Positions 47,067 through 55,060 of a stretch of DNA of 64,000 nucleotides are shown here, in pieces (within the stretch, counting starts at the first letter, position 1; each line of letters opens with the position of its first letter). The notes beneath the pieces were generated by a model. That model did no database searches. It was not told the origin of the DNA and saw nothing but the letters and a program-made list of their open reading frames with translations. The DNA is from Dehalococcoidia bacterium (GTDB lineage: Bacteria; Chloroflexota; Dehalococcoidia; Lucifugimonadales; G958296245). Location of the stretch: positions 3,348,347 to 3,412,346 of the forward strand of contig CBDHEI010000002.1 of NCBI GenBank assembly GCA_965262055.1. The letters are read 5' to 3'. A program made the translations under genes and the position numbers.

Positions 47067-47502
47067 GCGGATGTGTTATCGATGCCTCGGTCGTCATTGC
47101 GTGCCTCTTCGATGACGAGGACGAGCCACGCGCAGGTATAGGGTGCTAGAGCACATCGAAGAGACCGGGGCGTTCGTCCCACCGCTTTGGCATCTGGAGA
47201 CACGCAACTCGTTGCTCACGGCCGAGAGGCGTGGCCGTCTCTCCAGAGCCCAGGTCGACGAGCACCTAGATGCCCTAAAGGGCTTACCCATCCAAACCGA
47301 TGAAGCCCCAGACCTCCAGGCGGCCTTCGATCTGGCAAGGGCCCATGGACTATCCTTCTACGACGCTCTCTACCTGGAACTGGCCAAGAGGCGCAATGCG
47401 CCTCTGGCCACGCTAGACGGAGGGCTGACCAAGGCCGCCATCACGGAGGGTCTAGGGGTCCCGGCCGCATATGGGGGCGACGCTAGCAGTACTGGGGAAT
47501 GA
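47063..47502 (+). pseudogene. vapC: VapC-type PIN-domain toxin, disrupted by a frameshift
   Basis: Frame A from GTG 47063 reads VSGCVIDASVVIACLFDDEDEPRAGIGC* (stop at 47147-47149). The rest of the PIN domain (LEHIEETGAFVPPLWHLETRNSLL...SFYDALYLELA...LATLD) lies in a different frame (47143-47502). A 1-nt indel near 47130-47142 would restore one ORF. Confidence 0.7.
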
Positions 47503-47756
47503 CGATGAGCCCGAGCACCCATGACGAGGTCCGGCTTGTGGTTGGCGGAACCTCATATGAGTTTGTGCTCGTGCCCGCCGGCACGTTCTTGAGGGGTACC
47601 AATGCGGAGCGGAGGCGTACCCTGACGGCCGAGATGTCAAACGCCGTGCTCGACGCCCTGAGCGAGAGGCCTACGGAGGTGGCCGCCTAGCTCGGCAATC
47701 ACGTGTACATGAACACCCCCTGGGCCGATGGCTACGCCGAGCGGAACCCGGGACTC
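47499..47756 (+). pseudogene. Mosaic of gene fragments: FGE/SUMF1-like N-terminal fragment fused to a degraded duplicate of the Cof-HAD gene segment
   Basis: EFVLVPAGTFLRGTN resembles formylglycine-generating-enzyme N-termini. 47612-47756 is a diverged copy of 46197-46348 (RRTLTAEM.NA.LDALSE.PTEVAAYLGN.VY.NTPWADGYAERNPGL), with TAC changed to a TAG stop and a 6-nt deletion. Confidence 0.6.
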
Positions 47757-47792
47757 CAATCCAACCATATGCCTGCAGCATGATCCAAGTGA

Positions 47793-49697
47793 ATGGTACA
47801 ATGCGAGTATGCGTCAGAATTGAAAAGCGAAGTTCTTATTGACACCCATGTGACTGTAATGACGAATTCGAAAATTGAGCCAGGGACAATCGTTAGGCAC
47901 GCCAGCTTCGGCGTCGGTAGAGTAACAGCACGGGACAATTCCGGCGGAATAACGGTTGACTTTAGGACCGGAGATAGTCGTCAGATGAGCGCCTCCGTGG
48001 CAGCCAACCTGATGGTCCTCCCTCACAACGGACTTGAAGCGCTGATTTGGAACGGACCGGAAAAAGTACGGTCTTGGGTCAATGGTGCGCCCCTCAAACT
48101 TCTTAGCGCAACTCTGATAGATACCGGCAATACGGCTAAGAATAGCGTAATCAAGGAGAAGTTTGAGGGTATAATCCTCGAGAATAATGTCAAATGGCTC
48201 CCCTGGTGGGAACGTGTAAGAACGGCGGCTGATGGTTCTATCCATTTCAAGACCGTCAAGAACAAGCGCAATGCAATCACCGGAATCACCCTTGCGCCCG
48301 GTGTAGACATCGACGATGTCCCCGAAGAACCCTTGCCAGAGAAACCGAAGGCGATCAGGTTCCCCCCAAAAAAATCAGCTTCAAAACGCGAGTGGAAGAA
48401 TTGGTTCCTGAGTGAGACGGAGGAACCAGCGCCGGGGCGTTGGCCGAATAGTAAGGTGTTCAGCGATCTCGGCAAATGGTCCGCCATGGAGGTCGAGCGG
48501 ACTCTGGTGCGAACGATACAGGCCGCTCGTGAGTTCCTAGCCTCAGGAAGCACACCTAAGAAGGCAGGCACGGCCTGGCTGAATGCGATGAGCCAAGTGT
48601 CCTTGACATGGCGCGAATTCATGGATCCCGATTGTAGTAACGATCTGGCTGTGCAGACCGGTGAACTACTTCCGAGGTTGGCTAAGACTTCTGAAGACAT
48701 GGATGGGTCAGCTCTTATATCAGGAGCCTTGGCAGGGCAACCGGACCAGTGGCGAATAGGATTCATGGCAGGGATATGGTCGTCCTTCCAAGACTCCAGC
48801 GAAACTGTCCGTGACCTCCTCAGGGCAGCACATTGGCAATTGGGACGACGGAAGCAGGCAGCCCTGATAGAAGAAGTCGCCATGGCCGCTTTAGGCGCAG
48901 TTGGTTCGGCCTACCAGATTGCCCAACTGGACAACCTGCTCGGCGTGTTACCTGACGACGAGCGAATTCGGGTCATGCACAGCCTGATCCTTCGCTCGGA
49001 GGCCGGGGATGTATCCAAAGAAAGAGTCATGGACTACGTTGTCGAGAGCCGCCACGCTGCCAAGTCCAACGATCAGAATGTTCGGTTATGCCTGTTGGTC
49101 CTGTCGGCTCTGTTGATTGCAGATGGCCCAAATCAGGTTGTCGACCAAGCCTCTACGGAATTAACGAATGTTCTCGCATCGCCGGAGCGGGACAAGACCT
49201 CGACTCACGCTCTCTTCCAGAAAATTCGGGTCCTCAACGAGAAACGGCTGAATGAGGTGCTCAGCTGCGAACGTCGGAAATACGAGGACCTGTCTAAGCG
49301 GGTACGTCTGGAGAAAGAACGCCTACATAGGCAAGCGGCAGACTTTAGCGCCCAAATGGCATCAGGACGTGAGGAATCCAGACTTGAGGTGCGCCAGGAT
49401 ATGCTTCTGGCTTTAGGTGATATTCTCCAGCGGGCTTACCGTCCTGGGAGGAGCTCGAAGGACAGGCTGCAAGATGTGATAGCGACTCTCCCTACTGCGT
49501 TGCAAGCCGGAGGGGCGGAGGCTTTGGGTACAGTCGGCGAAACCGTGCGATACGACCCGAGGTTGCACCATTCTACGGTGGTGATTCCCAGGGGAACCCA
49601 AGTGCTTTTGTCGGCGCCGGGCGTGGTAGTTCGCGGCAGAACGCTAGGTGACCGAGTGATCCTCAAGGCTAGCGTAATTCATGAGTCGGAGGTTTAG
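47793..49697 (+). CDS. Large hypothetical protein: SH3/Tudor (CarD-like) N-terminus, helical middle, coiled coil and GrpE-like C-terminal domain
   Basis: 634-aa ORF in the low-GC island. N-terminus IEPGTIVRHASFGVGRVTARD...VDF...MVLP. C-terminus has a coiled coil (NEKRLNEV...RLEKERLHRQ), then MLLALGDILQRA, then ALGTVGETVRYDPRLHHSTVV...PGVVVRGRTLGDRVILKASV, which parallels GrpE (LLPV.D.L.RA ... G..FDP..H.A ... GY.L.GR.LRPA.V.V). The start could instead be ATG 47859. Confidence 0.6.
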   Translation: MVQCEYASELKSEVLIDTHVTVMTNSKIEPGTIVRHASFGVGRVTARDNSGGITVDFRTGDSRQMSASVAANLMVLPHNGLEALIWNGPEKVRSWVNGAPLKLLSATLIDTGNTAKNSVIKEKFEGIILENNVKWLPWWERVRTAADGSIHFKTVKNKRNAITGITLAPGVDIDDVPEEPLPEKPKAIRFPPKKSASKREWKNWFLSETEEPAPGRWPNSKVFSDLGKWSAMEVERTLVRTIQAAREFLASGSTPKKAGTAWLNAMSQVSLTWREFMDPDCSNDLAVQTGELLPRLAKTSEDMDGSALISGALAGQPDQWRIGFMAGIWSSFQDSSETVRDLLRAAHWQLGRRKQAALIEEVAMAALGAVGSAYQIAQLDNLLGVLPDDERIRVMHSLILRSEAGDVSKERVMDYVVESRHAAKSNDQNVRLCLLVLSALLIADGPNQVVDQASTELTNVLASPERDKTSTHALFQKIRVLNEKRLNEVLSCERRKYEDLSKRVRLEKERLHRQAADFSAQMASGREESRLEVRQDMLLALGDILQRAYRPGRSSKDRLQDVIATLPTALQAGGAEALGTVGETVRYDPRLHHSTVVIPRGTQVLLSAPGVVVRGRTLGDRVILKASVIHESEV

Positions 49698-49700
49698 CTG

Positions 49701-51452
49701 ATGGAAATCGTCGGCATAGACTTTGGCACAACCAATGTTCGCGTTTCCACTTGGGATTCTGACGGAGGCCCTCCACCCGAGCCACAAGTCGTAGGCTCCG
49801 GAGGCACAACCACAATGCCCGCGGTAGTCGCCTTGCGACGCCAGCCAGGCGGCGAAGTCTCGGTTATTGTGGGTGAGGAAGCGGATTCCGAAATAGACGA
49901 TCCCAATGAAACCTTGGTAATTCGGAATATCAAACGATATGCTCTATCTGACGACGCCTACGTCAATTGGCATCTGGAGGCTAGGAATGCTCAGATGGAA
50001 TCCCCTAGGTGGCCGCCGACCTGGTGGGATCCCCAAAAGCGCTGTGTCCAGGCCTGGGGGCGAGAATTTCCTGTTTGGGATCTGATAGGTAGCATCCTGA
50101 AAGAGGCGCTTGATCGAGCCGATGTAGGCGAGGTATCCGAGTGGCGAGCAGGTTGTCCCGTGCATGCGAGTTTTGGCTACCGTGCAGAATTGACGCGGGT
50201 GCTGCATCAAATAACGGGCACAGGCAACGTCAATTGGGTTGTTGAGGAACCGATTCTGTTCTTGCTTCTTGTCGATCGTCTTGGCAGTCTGGGTGACTCA
50301 CCGCTTGAGGGTTCGTATCTCGTCTATGACCTCGGGGGTGGATCTTTCGACTGTGCGCTCGTAGAGTTTCGAGAAGGCAATTACCATATGAATGTCTACG
50401 GAGCTGAGGGCCATCCCTTGCTAGGAGGCTCTGACATTGACACCACCCTCATCGAAAAACTGGGTTATAATGGACAACCGGATTTGATACGGAAGGCCAA
50501 AGAGAGGCTCAACTCTGAGAATCCATCCGAGACTTTGGCCGACGGTACCGTTGTTACTCTTGACGATCTAGATTCCACATTGACGAGTGGCAGGTTCGTT
50601 GAGGAGTCTCTCAATAGTATGCGCGACGCGTACATTGGCGCGAAGCAGCTGTGGAAACGCAGCGATGGCAAAGATGACCCTCCCATTGGCGAGGTGATCA
50701 CCCGAGACAGCGAAACCAGTGCAGTGCGGTTCGTTTGGCAGTTAACCTGGGATGACTTGGCTAGAGATGTCGATGGAATCATTCTATTCGGTGGTCCCAC
50801 CAAGTCACAGCACTTCTCCCAACATCTGTCGAGGCAATTCGGAGCGCATAAGATAATGAACGCCTCAGAACTGCTTCCCCCGTTGACCGGGTTGGCCGAC
50901 TTGGAATTAGTCGGGATTAGCATGGGTGCCTGCTATAGCTATCAAACCTCCTTTTCGCCCATGTTTATCAATCGGCTGCCGGCACGGGTAACGTTGGCGA
51001 ACCTTCAATCGGGCGACTATGTAGAGTACGAGCCATTCGAGAATTTCGCTCCCACCTTCAATCCATTCTGTGACTTTGTTTCAGAAGAACTGCCACCACA
51101 ACCGCCTTTATACCGGTGCAGTACGTATGGCCAAACAATTCAGTTAACGATAACTCTTCCCAATGGTGAGGTCAAGTGTAGAACTTTTCTCGACAAGCAG
51201 ATAAACTCTGGTTTGATGGGATACACCTTGAAGCTAGTAATTGACCGATTCGGGAGGGTTGGTGTAGAACAGGCATCGGAAAAGATGGCCCCAAAGAGAT
51301 TTATGATCTTCAACAACCCACCATGGCAGACGGAAGGACAACTCAAGGCCCTTCAACGTCTGTTTAGCCAACAACAGAAATACGAAGAGCGCCAACGGGC
51401 CCAAGGAGCTTTCTACATCAACAAGCCTCCATGGGAATACCCGACCGCTTAG
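49701..51452 (+). CDS. Non-canonical Hsp70-like ATPase (actin/Hsp70 fold NBD with short lidless C-terminal beta region)
   Basis: 583-aa ORF. Motifs: GIDFGTTN (phosphate 1), DLGGGSFDCALV (phosphate 2), ILFGGPTKSQHFSQHL..FG (adenosine). GGAGG lies 8 nt upstream and the start is 3 nt after the upstream stop. The C-terminal ~180 aa is only weakly SBD-beta-like, and there is no helical lid or EEVD. Confidence 0.8.
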   Translation: MEIVGIDFGTTNVRVSTWDSDGGPPPEPQVVGSGGTTTMPAVVALRRQPGGEVSVIVGEEADSEIDDPNETLVIRNIKRYALSDDAYVNWHLEARNAQMESPRWPPTWWDPQKRCVQAWGREFPVWDLIGSILKEALDRADVGEVSEWRAGCPVHASFGYRAELTRVLHQITGTGNVNWVVEEPILFLLLVDRLGSLGDSPLEGSYLVYDLGGGSFDCALVEFREGNYHMNVYGAEGHPLLGGSDIDTTLIEKLGYNGQPDLIRKAKERLNSENPSETLADGTVVTLDDLDSTLTSGRFVEESLNSMRDAYIGAKQLWKRSDGKDDPPIGEVITRDSETSAVRFVWQLTWDDLARDVDGIILFGGPTKSQHFSQHLSRQFGAHKIMNASELLPPLTGLADLELVGISMGACYSYQTSFSPMFINRLPARVTLANLQSGDYVEYEPFENFAPTFNPFCDFVSEELPPQPPLYRCSTYGQTIQLTITLPNGEVKCRTFLDKQINSGLMGYTLKLVIDRFGRVGVEQASEKMAPKRFMIFNNPPWQTEGQLKALQRLFSQQQKYEERQRAQGAFYINKPPWEYPTA

Positions 51453-51599
51453 CTTATCTGCTTCACTGGAACCATCTGCCCGCACTCACGGCAGGGCTTA
51501 ACGCCACTGCAGTTCTCCTTGACCGTCAACCGCCACGCGCCACAGTCTTTGATGTTGGTTCATGTTGGCAATGGCCCTTCCATCGCCTCGAAGCAGCCC

Positions 51600-52571
51600 T
51601 CAGGACAGCGCTCGTTTTACCGCCGCTATGACGTCGTTCTCGTCCGGGAGAACGGCGCGATTAAGTCTCTTGGCGTGGGGTACAGGGACTCCCGGGTTGG
51701 CGACCCGCTGTATGGGCGCCTTGAGGTGCGCGACCGCGTCGCTGCCGGCAACGATCGCCGCTATCTCGCCGCCGAACCCGCCGCGCCTGACGGCCTCGTG
51801 GACTATGACCAGCCGCCCCGTCTTGCGGACGGACTGTAGCAAGCAGTCTGAGTCGAACGGCACTAAGGTCCGCGGGTCTATGACTTCGACCGATATTCCT
51901 TCGTGGGCGAGCTTCGCGGCCGCCGCCTCCGCGACCGGGACCATGGCCAGCCACGCGACGACCGTCACATCCGTCCCCTCCCGCAGGACCGAGGCTTGGC
52001 CCAAGGGTATTCCCTCATGCCCCTCAGGAACGGGGCCGGTGACGCCGTACAGGTCTTCGTGCTCGACGTAGAGCACCGGGTCCGGGTCGCGTATCGACGT
52101 TATCATCAGCGCCTTGGCGTCCGCCGGTGTGGATGGCGTGACGACCTTGAACCCGGGTATGTGCGTGAACCAAGCCTCCAGCGCCTGGCTCATGTATGCG
52201 TTGCCGTGCATCATGTGAGGAGACCGCACCACCATGGGGACCGACATCGCGCCATCGTGTACATAGCGTGCCTTGGCCCCCGTGTTGACTAGCTGGTCCA
52301 TCGCAACCGTGATGAGGCCGGTGAACTGCATCTCGACTACGGGGCGAAGGCCCATCAGCGCTGCGCCCACGGCCATGCCGGCGAAACCCGACTCCGATAT
52401 TGGGGTGTCCATCACCCGGTCCGGGCCGAACTCCTCCAGCATCCCCTTCGTTACTCCAAGGATGCCGCCGTAGTAGGCGACGTCCTCTCCGAAGAGGTGC
52501 ACCGTCTCATCGCGGCGCATCTCCTGCACCAGCGCCTCCCGAATCGCTTCTCTGAGCTCCAGCTTCCTCAC
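51600..52571 (-). CDS. 2-oxoacid (pyruvate/acetoin/branched-chain) dehydrogenase E1 component beta subunit
   Basis: 323-aa ORF with typical transketolase-like pyrimidine-binding and C-terminal domains (FGEDV..YGG, VVRSP). Confidence 0.9.
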   Translation of the reverse strand: MRKLELREAIREALVQEMRRDETVHLFGEDVAYYGGILGVTKGMLEEFGPDRVMDTPISESGFAGMAVGAALMGLRPVVEMQFTGLITVAMDQLVNTGAKARYVHDGAMSVPMVVRSPHMMHGNAYMSQALEAWFTHIPGFKVVTPSTPADAKALMITSIRDPDPVLYVEHEDLYGVTGPVPEGHEGIPLGQASVLREGTDVTVVAWLAMVPVAEAAAAKLAHEGISVEVIDPRTLVPFDSDCLLQSVRKTGRLVIVHEAVRRGGFGGEIAAIVAGSDAVAHLKAPIQRVANPGVPVPHAKRLNRAVLPDENDVIAAVKRALS

Positions 52572-53569
52572 GTTCCCATGGCCTCAATCGGCTCCGCATA
52601 GACATTGGCGAATGCCGTCCTTGCGTCGGCGAACGGGGTGGCGACGCACTTCTCGAAGGAGCTCTCTATCTCCTCCAGGATAGAGTCCTCTACCGCCTTG
52701 GCCGTTGCAGCGTCCTGGTAGTCCATCTCTTCGAGACGGCGCCCCAATATGGTGATCGGGTCCCGACTCTTCCAGTGGGCAACTTCGTCGGGCGGCCGGG
52801 AATCTTCGAGCATCAGGGGGTAGTGGCTCAGGAAGCGGTATGTCTTGCACTCCAGCAGGGTCGGCCCCTCGCCAGCACGGGCCCTGTCGACGGCCTTCTG
52901 CGTGGCGTCGTAGACTGCCAGCACGTCCTGTCCGTCGACGACCTCGCCGGGCATCGAGTACGCGGCGGCGCGGGATGCGATGTCATCTATCGGCTGCCCC
53001 ACGGTGCCGGGGACCGTCTGGAAATAGAGGTTGTTCTCGCAGACGAATACGACCGGCACCTTCAGCAACGCGGCGAGATTGAGCCCTTCGTGGAAATCGC
53101 CGCGAGCAGCCGCGCCGTCGCCGAAGAAGCAGACCATCACGTCGTCGGTCTTCTTCATCTTCATGGCCCAGGCCACGCCCACCGACTCCGGTATCTGTGC
53201 GCCCACCATGGCGGTGCCCGCCAAGATGCCCAGCTCCGGGTAGCCGCTATGGTGGAACGACTCCTTCCCGGAGTTGATGCTCCCTGAGTTGCCCATGATG
53301 GCGTTGAACATCTGCAGGACAGTCACCCCACGGGTCCAGAAAGCCTCGGTGGTCCTCAGCGAAGGTAGTACCCAGTCGCTGGGCCCCAATCCGTAGCAGG
53401 CCCCTACCCCGACGGCCTCCTGGCCGGCGCTCGGGTGCAGGCCCACGGGCAGCCGCTTCTCCCAGGCGAGCTCAAGTGCCCGCTCCGTGAATCTGCGGCC
53501 TAGGAGCATGATGCGGTACATCTCCCGCAGGTCCTCTACGGTCAAGCTGTCGAGCGGCGCCTTCGTCAT
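52568..53569 (-). CDS. 2-oxoacid dehydrogenase E1 component alpha subunit (ThDP-dependent)
   Basis: ThDP motif region GDGAAARGDFHEGLNLAA...NN. 4-nt overlap with the beta subunit gene. I chose the start MTKAPLD at 53569 to avoid overlap with the upstream SDR gene; the alternative is 53617. Confidence 0.85.
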   Translation of the reverse strand: MTKAPLDSLTVEDLREMYRIMLLGRRFTERALELAWEKRLPVGLHPSAGQEAVGVGACYGLGPSDWVLPSLRTTEAFWTRGVTVLQMFNAIMGNSGSINSGKESFHHSGYPELGILAGTAMVGAQIPESVGVAWAMKMKKTDDVMVCFFGDGAAARGDFHEGLNLAALLKVPVVFVCENNLYFQTVPGTVGQPIDDIASRAAAYSMPGEVVDGQDVLAVYDATQKAVDRARAGEGPTLLECKTYRFLSHYPLMLEDSRPPDEVAHWKSRDPITILGRRLEEMDYQDAATAKAVEDSILEEIESSFEKCVATPFADARTAFANVYAEPIEAMGT

Positions 53570-53588
53570 AGCTGATCCCTTCTTCGAT

Positions 53589-54344
53589 TCAGTATGTCGC
53601 TCGGCCGCCGCTGACATCGAAGACGGCGCCGGTCGTGAACGAGCACTCCTTCGATGCGAGCCAGGCGATCATCGCGGCCATCTCCTCCACAGTCCCCGTC
53701 CGCCCCATGGGGATCTTCTCGATCATGTAGTCGAGCTCCCGTTGCTCCAGCTCCCGGTTAGGTCGTGTCATGACGACGGCCGGGGTGATGCAGTTTACCC
53801 GTATGCCGGTGAGCGCAAGCTCCTTGCCTACGGACTTGGTCAGCCCGATCACCGCCGCCTTCGAGGCGGAGTACGGAACGCGCTGCGGGTTCCCCTCCTT
53901 GCCGGCAACGGACGCGGTGTTGACGATGCGGCCGTAGTCCCGCTCCATCATGTGCGGAGCCACAGCCCGCGTGAAGTGAAAGGCCCCCATGAAGTTGTTA
54001 CGGAAGGAGACGTCCAGAGCGTCAGCCGGCAACTCCCATATGTTGCCGTAGTCGTAGACTCCCCCGCCTCCCGCGTTGTTGACGAGGATGTCGATGCGGC
54101 CACTGGCGTCCATGGTCGCCTCAACAGCCGCCTCTGCAGTCGCAGGGTCGCCAACGTCCCCAACCGACAGCCTGGCGTCCACGCCTGCCTCGCAGAGGCG
54201 AGCAAGCGCGGCGTCTCCCCGCTCCTGGTGAAAATCGACGACAGTGACCGCAGCGCCTTCGCAGCCGAGACGGATGGCAGTAGCGAACCCTATCTCCCCG
54301 CCGGCACCCGTGATTATCACAGCCTGGCCGTCGAATCGACCCAC
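53589..54344 (-). CDS. SDR family oxidoreductase
   Basis: I chose the GTG start at 54344 (VGRFDGQAVIITGAGGEIG), with GGGAGGAG 4 nt upstream. NNAG and YSASK motifs are present. The ORF-track start at 54446 adds an unlikely 34-aa Arg/Gly-rich extension. Confidence 0.85.
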   Translation of the reverse strand: MGRFDGQAVIITGAGGEIGFATAIRLGCEGAAVTVVDFHQERGDAALARLCEAGVDARLSVGDVGDPATAEAAVEATMDASGRIDILVNNAGGGGVYDYGNIWELPADALDVSFRNNFMGAFHFTRAVAPHMMERDYGRIVNTASVAGKEGNPQRVPYSASKAAVIGLTKSVGKELALTGIRVNCITPAVVMTRPNRELEQRELDYMIEKIPMGRTGTVEEMAAMIAWLASKECSFTTGAVFDVSGGRATY

Positions 54345-54735
54345 GGCTCCTCCCCATTCAGGTCTGGTGAACAGCCGCAATCCTAGCACTTCCCTCACAC
54401 CCTGTACACGGCGGCGGCCTTGCCCCCCGGCTGACCCCGCGGGCAAGGGCTATCCGAATCACCGCCCTCTCCGGGGCACGGCGTGCAAGCGCTCCGCGCG
54501 GGTAACTGTTCAGACTTCGAGGGAATGCAGGTAATACGCGGGGAGAAGGGAGGAGACTCTTACCCCTTCCCCGTCGCGGGAAGACTGAGATGGGATCCCC
54601 TGACTGAACGGTTACACCGTAGGGGCTGCCCCTATGGCTGCCCTCCTAGGCTCTGAACAGGGTACCCACGCGAATCCTGCTTGACGGAGCCCAGGCCAGA
54701 CTCATGGGGGCGTTAACCGACCCCTAAACGCGGCG

Positions 54736-54942
54736 TTAAACCGCTGATAACCGTCCGCCCATGCTGCGCGCATACAGTCCTGCCCAGAGGGAAGCGCGTC
54801 GGCTGCATTGTCGGGTCGCGCGGCCGCGCCCGCCTCCACCACCAGAGGAGACGGCCACCGCCGACGAGGAGTCCGTTGGGACTCGCTCCTCCAAGTCCAC
54901 GAACGCCAGCATCGTCGCCTGTAGGTCACGTCTGCCACCCAT
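54736..54942 (-). mobile_element. Possible degraded remnant of an IS5/IS1182-type transposase N-terminus
   Basis: A minus-strand frame reads ...LQATMLAFVDLEERVPTD..., resembling the conserved SLEE.[VI]P.DHP.R start of DUF772-type transposases. Similarity is lost immediately after, and no IRs were found. Confidence 0.25.
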
Positions 54943-55060
54943 GAGTCGGACTCCCCCATTGCTTCATGGTGGTATCCTTCTCCCTCCCAGACTCTTTCCT
55001 TAGCCTGCTAGGCCAGTATAATTCTCATCTTGTCTTGACCGGAGAAAGGACACATACCCT

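Noticed and set aside
51449-51562. Minus-strand Cys-rich mini-frame (..DCGAWRLTVKENCSGVKPCRECGQMVPVKQIS*) between E1-beta and the island; I considered a zinc-ribbon small protein.
   Set aside because: There is no plausible start codon or RBS, since an in-frame stop lies 37 codons upstream and the only ATG is near the end. The Cys spacing is not a canonical CxxC...CxxC pattern. It may be a relic.
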